64,000 nt of DNA from Collinsella sp. (GTDB taxonomy: Bacteria > Actinomycetota > Coriobacteriia > Coriobacteriales > Coriobacteriaceae): positions 13,842 to 77,841 of the forward strand of contig DBFAZJ010000051.1 in NCBI GenBank assembly GCA_048244295.1, given 5' to 3'. Position numbers and translations under genes: made by a program. This document shows, piece by piece, positions 48,095-59,473 of this stretch. The stretch's first letter is position 1; each line of letters begins with the position of its first letter. The notes under the pieces were generated by a model that saw nothing but the letters and a program-made list of their open reading frames with translations, made no database searches and was not told the DNA's origin.

Positions 48095-49282
48095 ATGATC
48101 GACAACACGATGGATGCCCTTCTCAAGGCGGGCTTCGCAAAAAAGATGGCGAACCAGTACCTCAACAACCTCGAGCGTGAGCGCAAGAGCAACGCCGAGG
48201 CGCAGTTCATCGACCCCGACCTGCTCGAGTGGGCGCATGCCCACGGGTTCTACGGCGAGACCGCCGTCGCTCTGCAGCTGACCGAGGACAACTACCGCGA
48301 TTACCTCTCGGATTACGACTATTGCCGAGTCTGGCCGCTCAATGACTGGGAGCGCTTCTGGATCAACGACAAGCTCACGTTCGCGTACATGTTCGCGGGC
48401 ACTGAGTTCGAGAAGTACATCCCCGAGAGCTATTACTACGTCGACGCAAACCGCATCCTGCCGCTGATCAACAGCCACATGGACAAATCGCTCGACGGCT
48501 TCATCTCTCTGCTCAAAGAGAAGGGCGAGTTCGCCTGCAAGCCGTGCAACGGCGGCTGGGGCATGGGCTTCAACAAGCTCTCGTACGAGGACGGCAAGTT
48601 CTACGTGGGCAACAAAGAGGCGTCCGAGGCCGATGTCCGCGCCTTCGTGACCGAGAACCGCAACTACCTCTACACAGAGTTCTTCCACCCTGCCGAGGAG
48701 TGGGCGAAGATCAACCCCGTCATCCACACGCTGCGCATCCTCATGCTCAACGAGGACGGCGTGAACCCGAGGACCATGGCCTCGTACTTCCGCTTCGCCG
48801 TCTCCGATGATTCCGGTATCACGAAGAATGACGACAGCAAGAGCAACTTCAACCTTCCGCGCAAGCCGGGTCTGCGCCTCTTCAACGTCCCATTCAACCC
48901 TGAGGACGGCACCTATGGCGCGAGCACGGGCAAGCACTCGATCCTGCTGAGCTACAACGCCGGCCGCAAGGATCTCGATGTGCATCCCGACAGCGGCACC
49001 TACGTCGACGGAAAAATCAAGGAGTGGCCGGAGCTCGAGCAGATGCTCAAGGACATGGCCATCCGCCTCGCTCCCGTCGAGTGGCTCGGCTACGACCTCT
49101 GCATGACGGACAAGGGCCCCAAGCTCATGGAGATCAACTCCCACTCGGGCTGCACCTACCTGCAGATGTTCACCCCCTACCGGAAGCACCCGGTGCTCTC
49201 CGAGTACTTCGAGCGCAAGCTCGCCGCGATCGATGCGCTTACGCCCGAGCAGATCGCCGCGCGCAATGGCATTCCCCGATAA
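48095..49282 (+). CDS. Sugar-transfer-associated ATP-grasp protein
   Basis: INDKL, KP.NGG.G.G, TLRI, HPDSG....G.I..W, LGYD...T..GP.LMEINS. Confidence 0.82.
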   Translation: MIDNTMDALLKAGFAKKMANQYLNNLERERKSNAEAQFIDPDLLEWAHAHGFYGETAVALQLTEDNYRDYLSDYDYCRVWPLNDWERFWINDKLTFAYMFAGTEFEKYIPESYYYVDANRILPLINSHMDKSLDGFISLLKEKGEFACKPCNGGWGMGFNKLSYEDGKFYVGNKEASEADVRAFVTENRNYLYTEFFHPAEEWAKINPVIHTLRILMLNEDGVNPRTMASYFRFAVSDDSGITKNDDSKSNFNLPRKPGLRLFNVPFNPEDGTYGASTGKHSILLSYNAGRKDLDVHPDSGTYVDGKIKEWPELEQMLKDMAIRLAPVEWLGYDLCMTDKGPKLMEINSHSGCTYLQMFTPYRKHPVLSEYFERKLAAIDALTPEQIAARNGIPR

Positions 49283-49298
49283 CGAAGTTCAGTTAAAC

Positions 49299-49344
49299 TG
49301 CCGAAAGCGCCGCTGCAAGTTCATTTGCGACGGCGCTTTCGGCA
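49299..49344. terminator. Hairpin between convergent genes, probably a bidirectional terminator
   Basis: TGCCGAAAGCGCCG (49299-49312) pairs with CGGCGCTTTCGGCA (49331-49344). Confidence 0.75.
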
Positions 49345-49363
49345 ATTAAATTACTTATTGAGT

Positions 49364-50302
49364 TTAGTCGAGATTTACTTTGTCACGAATAATGTACTGA
49401 GGCGTTGAGTTGACGGAAAGAACGATATTCCCGATGTACTCACCGATAATCCCCAACGTTAACAGCACGAGCCCAAAGAAGAACAGCAGGACACAGATGA
49501 TCGAAGTCCAACCGGCGACCATGGAGGGGTCGCATATTTTCCTTACGATGGTCACGATCCCAATAACGAAACCCAATGCAGCAGTGACCACGCCGACCGA
49601 CGAGATAAAACGAAGCGGCACTACCGTGTAGTTAAAATAAGCAAGCCACAGCTTGATTAGCTTTTTTAAGGTATAGCCAGATGATCCATACTCTCGCTTA
49701 TGATGTTCAATCGTGACGTTAGCCACATCATTCGTCATACGAGTAAAAAGAGCGTCGACATTTGGGTTGTAATTATGGTATTGGATTACCTGATCCTTGA
49801 TTGCTTTGGTGATCAACCAGAAGTTGGACGCACGGACTGTCTCGGGCCTGCCGAGGAGCTTGTTTGAGGTTACCTTGTTGAGCCAACTCGAGAACTGCTT
49901 CATAAAGCCGTTCTTGGATTCAACATAGCAACCATAGACGATATCATGCCCTTCCTCCATCTTGTGGATGATGGCAGGTATCTGGGAAGGATGGGTCTGC
50001 AGATCATCATCCATTCCAAGGATAAAATCACCTTTGGCGTAATTCATAGCGCACATCAGCCCGTTATGCTGGCCAAAATTGCGCATAAGGTTCACCCCAT
50101 GAACGCAAGGATGCTCGCACCCAAGCTTCTGTATCTCTTGGAACGTCCCGTCGGAAGAGCAATCGTTCACCAGAACGAATTCAACGTCATAACCAGGAAG
50201 AGCGTCAAAGACCTCAAGCGTCAGGTCGACGACTTCTCTGATTGTATGCTCAGAGTTATAGCAGGATATAACAACAGAAACCAATTTACTCTGATTAGCC
50301 AT
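49364..50302 (-). CDS. GT2 undecaprenyl-phosphate glycosyltransferase (ArnC/GtrB-like)
   Basis: VNDCSSD, RNFGQHN, MDDDLQ.HP, H..R..G.SGY, two TM, LGIIGEYIG. Confidence 0.92.
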   Translation of the reverse strand: MANQSKLVSVVISCYNSEHTIREVVDLTLEVFDALPGYDVEFVLVNDCSSDGTFQEIQKLGCEHPCVHGVNLMRNFGQHNGLMCAMNYAKGDFILGMDDDLQTHPSQIPAIIHKMEEGHDIVYGCYVESKNGFMKQFSSWLNKVTSNKLLGRPETVRASNFWLITKAIKDQVIQYHNYNPNVDALFTRMTNDVANVTIEHHKREYGSSGYTLKKLIKLWLAYFNYTVVPLRFISSVGVVTAALGFVIGIVTIVRKICDPSMVAGWTSIICVLLFFFGLVLLTLGIIGEYIGNIVLSVNSTPQYIIRDKVNLD

Positions 50303-50326
50303 GAAGAAGGTTCTACTTTCTTAGTC

Positions 50327-51565
50327 TTAGTCGATAGCAATGTGGACAAGATCGTCAATATGCTCGAGGATCTCTTCCATCTGAGTTACGTCATCGAAGC
50401 GCAAGAAAGCAACTCCAATGGCTTTGCTTGAATTGTTGAAGGACGAGACAAGCGAGCCTTCATTGATATAAGGCTCAACACGATAGACATGTTTTTTGAG
50501 TTTGGAATCGAACTCGACTCCGCGATAAGTCCCCGTGCTGCGAGCATGCAGCATATAGGTGCAATAACAACCTTGCGCAGAAACACCGTCGAAATCGACA
50601 TCCATGGAATCGCCCATGGCGAAGCGGACATTCGCCTCGATAAGGTCGATCCCCGAGATATCCGAGAGCTGATTTGGAATCATATTTCCGCCGGCCCGAG
50701 CAGCCAGCTCAAGAAAATGGGGGACATCGTCATCGTCAACGATGATCTCGACGTTCATCTCGCCGAAGCGCATCCCGAGGCTCGTCACCAAAGCTTGGAT
50801 CTGGTCCTTGACGGCGTTGAGCTGCTTAGCGTTCAGCCCCGATGGCCAACGCTCCCCCACCGGCACGAGCCCGCCAATCGCTTTGTCGCGAAGGCAGCTC
50901 ATGATCCCCCAGAACCGAACATGGCCGTCCACAACGAACACGTCGCCGCCGATAACACGTGGAAAACCGGCGTGTATAAATTCCTCTAGCTCAAGGACCT
51001 GATTGCGCGAAAACCCCCGCGCATCGTCAAGCGCATCAGAAATAGCGAAACGGCCCTCGTCCGCTAAAACCGTGACTCCCTTAGAGCCAGAGGAATCAGT
51101 CGGCTTGAGGACAACGGGGAGCTGCATACGTTTATCGTGCAGCGCATCGAGAACGTCATCAACCGTTGAATCCGCGGGAAGCGTAGCGTGGCGAGGGCAA
51201 GGAAGCCCCGACTTCTCTAGATGGTCGCGGAACAGGTGCTTCTCGCTCAGGACCTCAACAGACTTAAGCGGATTCGTAGGAAGATTCAGGTTCTCGCAAA
51301 CATAAGCGGCGGTACCCGCAGCGACATCCGTCCCAAAGGCAAGAACGCCAGAGACGTCTTCCTTTCGAGCAATGGACAGCATCAAATCCCAGTCGGTCGT
51401 CGATTCCTGATAAAAGACGTCGGCCGCATATTGTCCGGGGTTGTCCGGAAGATAGTCGCAAAGAACCGTTCGGTACCCGAGTCGCTTTGCACACTCGATC
51501 GCAGGGACCTGATGACGAGAACCTCCCAGCAGAAGAATAGACTTCTTCCCAGCCGAATTAGGCAT
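50327..51565 (-). CDS. ATP-grasp carboxylate-amine ligase
   Basis: LLGGS..QVPAI..AK.LG, D..P.NPG, VLKPTDSSGSKGV, EEFI, E...RAGG, SGIDL. Confidence 0.85.
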   Translation of the reverse strand: MPNSAGKKSILLLGGSRHQVPAIECAKRLGYRTVLCDYLPDNPGQYAADVFYQESTTDWDLMLSIARKEDVSGVLAFGTDVAAGTAAYVCENLNLPTNPLKSVEVLSEKHLFRDHLEKSGLPCPRHATLPADSTVDDVLDALHDKRMQLPVVLKPTDSSGSKGVTVLADEGRFAISDALDDARGFSRNQVLELEEFIHAGFPRVIGGDVFVVDGHVRFWGIMSCLRDKAIGGLVPVGERWPSGLNAKQLNAVKDQIQALVTSLGMRFGEMNVEIIVDDDDVPHFLELAARAGGNMIPNQLSDISGIDLIEANVRFAMGDSMDVDFDGVSAQGCYCTYMLHARSTGTYRGVEFDSKLKKHVYRVEPYINEGSLVSSFNNSSKAIGVAFLRFDDVTQMEEILEHIDDLVHIAID

Positions 51566-52688
51566 AGAACTCCTTAGTCGCGTCGACTACCTCGCGCAGG
51601 TCATCCTGCTCAAGCCCGTAATACATCGGCAGGCGCACAAGTCGATCGGATTCGCGGGTCGTATAAACGTCCTCGCCGCTGAACCGGCCGAAGCGCTGCC
51701 CTGCGGGCGAACTGTGCAGAGGAATGTAGTGGAACACCGCCATCACGTCGCGATCCTTCAGATGTTTGATCAGCGCACCGCGCTCCTCAAGGTCGGCAAC
51801 CTTGATATAGAACATATGGGCGTTGTGCTCGCAACCCTCCGGGATGGTTGGCAGCTCGATCTTTCCAGCGTCTTCCAAAGGTCTCAGCTGCTCGTAGTAG
51901 TAGTTCCAAGATGTCAGGCGATTATAGTTGATCTCGTCAGCCTTCTCGAGCTGCGCCCACAGATACGCCGCATTGAGGTCGCTCTGCAGGTAAGAACTGC
52001 CAGAGTCAACCCAAGTGTATTTGTCCACCTGCCCACGGAAGAATCGCTGGCGGTTCGTGCCCTTCTCGCGGATGATCTCGGCGCGCTCGATGTACTCGGG
52101 CTTGTTGATGACGATGGCGCCGCCCTCCCCCATCGAGTAGTTCTTGGTCTCGTGGAAACTGTAGCAGCCGAAGTCACCGATGGTGCCGAGCGCACGGCCC
52201 TTGTACGTGCTCATAACGCCCTGCGCCGCGTCCTCGACCACGAGGAGGTTATGGCGACGCGCGATGTCGATGATGGTGTCCATCTCGCAGGCGACGCCGG
52301 CGTAGTGCACGGGCACGATCACGCGGGTGCGATCGGTGATGGCTGCCTCGATCTTCGTCTCGTCGATGTTCATCGTGTCCGGGCGGATATCGACGAAGAC
52401 GAGCTTCGCCCCCACCGAGACGAAGGCGGTCGCCGTGCTCGAGAACGTGAAGCTCGGCAGGATGACCTCGTCTCCGGGCTCGAGCCCGCAGAGGTTCGCC
52501 GCCATCTCGAGCGCGTCGGTGCCGGAGGTCGTGAGCAAGACCTTCTCGGCGTTGAAGCGCTCCTCCATCCAGGCGTGGCACTTGCGCGAGAACGGTCCGT
52601 CGCCGCAGATCTTGTGGTTGACCTCGGCGGCCTCGCGGACGTAGTCCATCTCGGTGCCTACATAGGGCGGTACGTTGAACGTAACCAT
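51558..52688 (-). CDS. wecE: dTDP-4-amino-4,6-dideoxygalactose transaminase (WecE/RffA)
   Basis: FNVPP, KICGDG.F, LLTTS, VHYAGVACEMD, EDAAQG, SFHETKN..MGEGG, REKGTNR..F.RGQVDKYTW, VFHYIPLH.S.AG. Confidence 0.92.
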   Translation of the reverse strand: MVTFNVPPYVGTEMDYVREAAEVNHKICGDGPFSRKCHAWMEERFNAEKVLLTTSGTDALEMAANLCGLEPGDEVILPSFTFSSTATAFVSVGAKLVFVDIRPDTMNIDETKIEAAITDRTRVIVPVHYAGVACEMDTIIDIARRHNLLVVEDAAQGVMSTYKGRALGTIGDFGCYSFHETKNYSMGEGGAIVINKPEYIERAEIIREKGTNRQRFFRGQVDKYTWVDSGSSYLQSDLNAAYLWAQLEKADEINYNRLTSWNYYYEQLRPLEDAGKIELPTIPEGCEHNAHMFYIKVADLEERGALIKHLKDRDVMAVFHYIPLHSSPAGQRFGRFSGEDVYTTRESDRLVRLPMYYGLEQDDLREVVDATKEFYA

Positions 52689-52784
52689 GGATCTCCCCCG
52701 ACAGTATCTCGACATATAACCCTTACACTATAGCGAAACCTGTGAACCCCTTTGCATTGTCGTCCGCAAAACAAGAGGAGCCAC

Positions 52785-55310
52785 ATGAACTGGCCCATGT
52801 ACCTCTATCTTCTGCCCGTCGGAATAGTCGCTGTTTTTTTGCTTGCAGCAATGGCGAAGAACGTCGATACGCTGACCGTAGACTCAGTGAAACGCACCCG
52901 TTCGGAGCTGATATTCCTCGGCGCCATCCTGCTCGTCGGCACCGCGGCCATCTACGGGAACTTTGTTTTTGGGCCTGCACGATTCGCATATCTCGACGTC
53001 GGATCAGACACATCGAACCAATATGTCCCCTACTACCTCAACCTCCTCAGCTCCATCCGCAATGGGACATTGGGGCTCTGGAATTTCCAATACGGTCTCG
53101 GCGTCAGCTTCATGTCGTATCAATCCTGGACGCTCGACCCGTTCAATCTCGTCCTCATCCCTCTGGGCCTGGCATTCGGCAACAGCGCGCTCTCGTATAT
53201 CCTCGTATTCATCCAAGCGCTCAAGATTGTGCTGTGCGGCTACCTCTTTGACCACATATTGACCTACCACTGCGAGAAACCCGCCTCGCGAATACTGGGT
53301 GCCTCCCTCTTTGCGTTTTGCGGATACCTCATGCTTTGGGGCCAACATTACTGGCTCGGCACCGTTCTTGTGATGGCGACCCTAGAGACCCTCCTCATCG
53401 AGAAGCTCCTGGAACGGTGGAGTGTGCCCGGGTTCCTCGGGATGGCGGCGGTCACTGCGGTCACGGTCATGATGAGCACATACTCGGGCTTCATGGTCAT
53501 GCTCTATGCGGCAACATACGCGGTTCTGCGGACCATCGCCACGCGCAGGCCCAGCGGTTTCGCTTCCTTTATCAAAGTCTTCGTTCCTCTGGCGATCCCG
53601 GTCATCTGCGGACTTATCGTCTCTTGTATCACTGTTATTCCCTATGCCACGCTCCTGCTCGGGGAATCTTCGCGAGTGGGAGGCTCCAGCGACGTTTCCA
53701 CATCGAGCAAGGCCATAGGCTACCTCACATCTTTTGTCCCCCTCAGGTGGATTCCTGCGATTTTTAGCAAATTACTGGGCAACAGCCTCTTCTGCGTCTC
53801 TTCCGATATTCCCGAGAGCCTGATACCTCCCACGTCAAGCTTCGACACGGTAAACACCTACGAATTTATCCAGCTCGGCTTCTCTTGCGGCGCGATCATG
53901 CTTATCGCGCAGTTCTATGCTTGGGCGAATAAAGCGCTGGACCGCAGGACAAAGATTCTCATCGCGGTCGCTTCTGCGCTTTGTGTGCTGTACTGCTTCA
54001 ACTACTTTTTGCCGGCGTTGTCGAACGTGTTCGTCAACCCCAAATACCGAAGCTCATTCGCACTTTGCACACCCATTTGCATCGCCATAGCGCTCGGATT
54101 CGAAAAGTGCATTTTGGATAAACAGATCCAGAAGCCGTTGTTTATCGCATCTTTTGCACTGACCATAAGCGTTATCGGATGGTCGTTGGTCAACTCCGTC
54201 GACGGAAAACTCGGCTCGAGCGTCTCTGCGTTGTGCGCCGTCATCTTCTTTTGCGTCGTACTCGTGGCTTCACAGCAAAAGGGTTTCCATGCGTTCGTGC
54301 CGATGGCCATTGCCGTACTTGTCGTCTCGTCTGTATTCGACGGATTCATGGTGACGAATCATCGGACTTGGGCAACTTCCGAGACATTCCCAGATGCTTC
54401 TCGGCCCCAGTCCAGCACGGAGACCCAAGAAGCCCTGAGCTGGATCCGTTCACAGGACGATGGCCTTTATCGAGTAGAAAAGCTCTACATCGACTGGACA
54501 CGCCTCGATGATTCTCTCATCGAAGGGTATTCGGGAATCGCCTCCTATAACTCAACGCTCGACAGCGATGTCATTGACTTCTATCGTCAGCTTTGGCCGA
54601 ATATGCTCGTTGGAGACTCCGCGTACCAGGAATACATCAACGACCCCGATCATCCGGAGCTCCTCCGCATGCTGGGTGTCAAATACCTGCTTTCTCACGA
54701 TGACCTTGATTTCCCATGGGTACGCGAACTCAACCGAATTGGAAATACACGCATCTATGAGGTCAACGAGGCAAGCGGAATCGCAACGGTCAAAGCAGGA
54801 TCTATCAGCGAGAGCGATGCCGGTCAAATGTCCCCCGAGGGCAGAGAGTCGTCCTTGACCGCCTGTGTTATCGTGCCCGACCAAGCACACGAACAGCTTG
54901 TGGACAGCGGCCCGGTAACAGTTCCCTACACTGACGAGAACGCATATTCAGTGGTGGGAGCAAACGGCGCGGCAACCCCATGGGCACCCGCTCCGGCAAA
55001 GCTGGACCTTCGCAGCTCGAACTCGATCTCGGGAACCGTCGCCGCCTTGGCAGATAACTCGGTTGTCTGCCTGGCAATTCCGCACACCTCAGGCTGGAAG
55101 GTGTTCGTCGATGGCTCCCCCGCCGAGACCTATAGGGCGAATTACGGCTTCATCGGGTTCACGGTTTCCGCTGGTGAGCACTCAATCGAGGCCTATTACG
55201 AAGCCCCGAACGCGAAGATCTCCGTCATGATCGGAAGCGCTGGCGTTGTACTTACCGTTCTAAGCTGTTTCGTCGAAGTCCATCGTAATCGGGCAGATAG
55301 ACAGTCGTAG
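52785..55310 (+). CDS. YfhO family membrane protein (GT-C)
   Basis: DVGSD...QY.P, W....GLG, DPF, YRVE, YNST, LGVKYL, IP...GW...VDG, NYGF.G...AGEH.I...Y; GAGGAG RBS. Confidence 0.88.
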   Translation: MNWPMYLYLLPVGIVAVFLLAAMAKNVDTLTVDSVKRTRSELIFLGAILLVGTAAIYGNFVFGPARFAYLDVGSDTSNQYVPYYLNLLSSIRNGTLGLWNFQYGLGVSFMSYQSWTLDPFNLVLIPLGLAFGNSALSYILVFIQALKIVLCGYLFDHILTYHCEKPASRILGASLFAFCGYLMLWGQHYWLGTVLVMATLETLLIEKLLERWSVPGFLGMAAVTAVTVMMSTYSGFMVMLYAATYAVLRTIATRRPSGFASFIKVFVPLAIPVICGLIVSCITVIPYATLLLGESSRVGGSSDVSTSSKAIGYLTSFVPLRWIPAIFSKLLGNSLFCVSSDIPESLIPPTSSFDTVNTYEFIQLGFSCGAIMLIAQFYAWANKALDRRTKILIAVASALCVLYCFNYFLPALSNVFVNPKYRSSFALCTPICIAIALGFEKCILDKQIQKPLFIASFALTISVIGWSLVNSVDGKLGSSVSALCAVIFFCVVLVASQQKGFHAFVPMAIAVLVVSSVFDGFMVTNHRTWATSETFPDASRPQSSTETQEALSWIRSQDDGLYRVEKLYIDWTRLDDSLIEGYSGIASYNSTLDSDVIDFYRQLWPNMLVGDSAYQEYINDPDHPELLRMLGVKYLLSHDDLDFPWVRELNRIGNTRIYEVNEASGIATVKAGSISESDAGQMSPEGRESSLTACVIVPDQAHEQLVDSGPVTVPYTDENAYSVVGANGAATPWAPAPAKLDLRSSNSISGTVAALADNSVVCLAIPHTSGWKVFVDGSPAETYRANYGFIGFTVSAGEHSIEAYYEAPNAKISVMIGSAGVVLTVLSCFVEVHRNRADRQS

Positions 55311-55411
55311 AGAGATTAGACAACGGGCGCTCCCATCGCAGATTTTCCGCGGCGGGAGCGCCCGCTACATATTGACGAATGTGCGTCTGCCTTGAATTCC
55401 TCGAATGATTT

Positions 55412-56910
55412 TTATCGCCGATGAAGCAATTTATTGGCACATGCCTCGATAGTATTGTCCAACATGTCCTGCAATCGCTTCACTTCGTTTCGTAGTTGAT
55501 TGAGTTCGTCCGCAGCATCACCAGTTATGGCAGAGACCCGAACAGGGTCCAGCGGCTCGATCTCAAACTCGATATCCACCTGATTCGCAACTCCAGAATA
55601 TGGAGCGACGAATGCGGGTCGGTCGTGAAGAACAGTGTCATCCCATCGTTTAGCTCATGTCCATTGACCGTCTTTAGGTCCAAGGGCTTTCCGTCGACGG
55701 CCGCAGCTACTATACGAACTTCCCTAATCTGTCCGTCATCAGGGTCAAACCTAAGTGCTTCGACAGGGCTAGGGACCGAGAATCTCACACTTACCTTACC
55801 TGACGGAGGTATATAAGATACTTGCTGAGATGAATCAAATTCGTTGAACCCGTTACCGCAATCCCAATACAGTTTTGGATGGCATATCTTCTCCGGTTTA
55901 ACCGATCCAAAAATATCGATTCTTTTCTTTTCTGCGTCATACTCGCGATCGGAATACGAATACAGTCTTTTGAGCTGTGCGCGATCAGTCGGATTCTGCA
56001 TCAACCTATACAACTGCTCAAAAGCAAAGAGACAATACTCAGGGCTTCCAACATAATCAATGCATAGACGCGCAAGAGCAAAGGTTAGATTGATCTCGCC
56101 ATTAACAAGATATTGCTCAGCCTCGGGGAAAGCATCGAGTAAATCCTTTTGGCTTAAATCAAGATACTCGCCGAGGATTAGGAATTTCTCGATATTGTGT
56201 CTAAACAGAGCCTCTCGGTTCTGCCCGCTCGTATTCGATTCGTCTTTATGAACGCGGAAATAAGTCAGCGGCTCATCGATAATGAAGAGCGACGAATGCT
56301 TGCAGACACGTATCCACTCCTGAAAATCCGGGAGGCTGCCGAGCCCATGAGGAAACAGACCGTAGTCTTTGTAACAATGTCTGCGAATCATCACGCTGGG
56401 ATGGCATAGCGCGTTTCCGTTAAAGAAAAAGAACCTCAGCCAGTCGGTCCTGCTTCTGTTTTCATGATTAAACGCGTTGAGATACGGATGCTCAGCATAT
56501 GCAGGATCGTCCGCCAGCGAATTATCATCGTCATCGATTACTGTAACGCGGGTAAAGCACGCGGCGACATCGGGATGAGCGTCAAGATAAGCCACTTGCT
56601 TCTCGAGCTTTGTGGGAGCCCAGGTATCATCGCTATGTGCTATCGCGATCAAATCGCCACGAGCATTATCCATGGCAGCTTCGATGGCACCGCAAAACAT
56701 ATTCTTCTCGTTACGAAAAGCATGGATACGACCATCGTGAGCTGCCAGGCTCTGAATTATCTCCCAGCTGGAGTCAGTGGAGCAATCATCGAGAATCACA
56801 ACTTCAAAATCAGAGAAAGTTTGACTCAAGATGCTGTTTACTGAACGCTCGATATACAATTCGTGATTATACGAAGGCAGAATAACGCTGACACGCGGAG
56901 CTTGGCTCAC
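55412..56910 (-). CDS. GT2 glycosyltransferase with a probable 1-bp frameshift near the 3' end
   Basis: VSVILPSYNHE, DDCSTD, HSDD.W...KLEKQV, LCHPS; called ORF stops at 55525, but a shifted frame continues as a coiled-coil-like tail to TAA 55412-55414. Confidence 0.8.
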
Positions 56911-56945
56911 CGGTAACCTCCCTGAGAGTAGCCTAAAGCATAGAG

Positions 56946-58397
56946 CTAGCTGAGAGTCGAGAGGTACTCCCCCAGCTCATCCTCCCAGTCGCGCGGGGTA
57001 AAGCCCGCGGACTCGAGCTTTCCGAGGTCGAGGGCGGAGTAGTGAGGGCGCGGGGCGATCGGGCCCTGGGCGCTCGCATAGTAGTCGGCGGTGGAGACGG
57101 GGACCACCTTGTCGCCGTTTCCGTTCTTGGCCTCGAAGCAGGCACGGGCGATGTCGGCCCAGGACCTCACGGCGCCAGAACCCGTCATGTCGTAGGTGCC
57201 GTAGGGCGCGCGGGTATCCAACACGTGGAAGATGGCGCGCGCCATCTGGTCGGTGAAGGTGAGGCGGCCCAGCTGGTCGTCGACCACGGTCACCTGGGCG
57301 AGCTCGCCGGCCGCGACGCGGTCGCTGAGGGAGCACATGGTCTTGGCGAAGTTCTTGCCGTCCCCGATGACCCACGAGCTGCGCAGGATGTAGTGGGAGG
57401 GGCAGCCCGCCACGGCGAGGTCGCCCGCCGCCTTGGACTGGCCGTAGACGGAGATGGGGCTCAGGGGCTCCTCTTCGTCGTGGAGCTCGCGGGTGCCGTC
57501 GAAGACGTAGTCGGAGCTGATGTGCACGAGCGTGATCCCATGCTCGGCGCAGGTCCGGGCGAGGAGCGCCGGCCCCGTCGCGTTGGCGGCCCAGCAGATC
57601 CTGCGGCCCTCGGGGGTCTCCGCCTTGTCCACGGCGGTGTAGGCGCCGCAGTTGATCACGGTGCCGTAGAGCGACCAATCGCACTTGGAGTACGCCTCGG
57701 GGTCCGACATGTCGAAGGTGTCGATGTCGCAGAAGTCGAAGTCCTTGGCGCGGCCCGTCTCCTCGGCGAGCTTGCGCACCGCGCGGCCGAGCTGGCCGTT
57801 GCAGCCGGTGACGAGCGTGCGCCTGGGCGCCATGGGGACGACGTCCTTGAGGTAGGGGTGGTTCTTGTCCGCCTCGGAGAGCGTGGCCTCATCGAGCGGG
57901 ATGGGCCACTCGATCCCCAGCTTGGGGTCGGCGAGGTTGACGAAGGTGTAGGTCTTCTTAAGCTCGGCGGACCAGTGGGCGTCCACCAGGTAGGTGTAGG
58001 CCGTGCCATCCTCGAGGGCCTGGAAGGAGTTGCCCACGCCGCGGGGGGTGAATATGGCACGGGAGGGGTCGACCTCGCACGAGAAGGACTTCCCGTAGGT
58101 CGCGGACCCCTCGCGCAGGTCGACCCACGCGCCGAAGATGCGCCCCGTGGCGACCGAAATCCACTTGTCCCAAGGCTCAGCGTGGACCCCACGGGTAACC
58201 CCGCGCTCGGCGTTGAAGCTCACATTGTTCTGGACCACGCGGATGTCCGGGACGCCCAGGGCGCACATCTTCGCCCGCTGCCAGTTCTCCTTGAACCAGC
58301 CGCGGGAGTCCCCGTGGACGGGGAGCTCCGCCACGAGCAGGCCCTCGATGGGGGTCCCCGAAACCTTCAGCTCTTTCTCGAACTCGATCTGCGACAT
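56946..58397 (-). CDS. rmlCD: Bifunctional dTDP-4-dehydrorhamnose 3,5-epimerase / reductase (RmlC-RmlD fusion)
   Basis: HGDSRGWFKENW, Q.N.S, RGVHAEPWDK, VDLR; then VTGCNGQLG, AYTAVD.AE, HISSDYVFDG, YGQSK, VVDDQ.G..T. Confidence 0.93.
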   Translation of the reverse strand: MSQIEFEKELKVSGTPIEGLLVAELPVHGDSRGWFKENWQRAKMCALGVPDIRVVQNNVSFNAERGVTRGVHAEPWDKWISVATGRIFGAWVDLREGSATYGKSFSCEVDPSRAIFTPRGVGNSFQALEDGTAYTYLVDAHWSAELKKTYTFVNLADPKLGIEWPIPLDEATLSEADKNHPYLKDVVPMAPRRTLVTGCNGQLGRAVRKLAEETGRAKDFDFCDIDTFDMSDPEAYSKCDWSLYGTVINCGAYTAVDKAETPEGRRICWAANATGPALLARTCAEHGITLVHISSDYVFDGTRELHDEEEPLSPISVYGQSKAAGDLAVAGCPSHYILRSSWVIGDGKNFAKTMCSLSDRVAAGELAQVTVVDDQLGRLTFTDQMARAIFHVLDTRAPYGTYDMTGSGAVRSWADIARACFEAKNGNGDKVVPVSTADYYASAQGPIAPRPHYSALDLGKLESAGFTPRDWEDELGEYLSTLS

Positions 58398-58450
58398 GCT
58401 TCTCCTAGCTCACGCCGCCGCCCAAAGGCGCGCGGCTCACTTTCGGGCGT

Positions 58451-59473
<1,023 letters not shown>

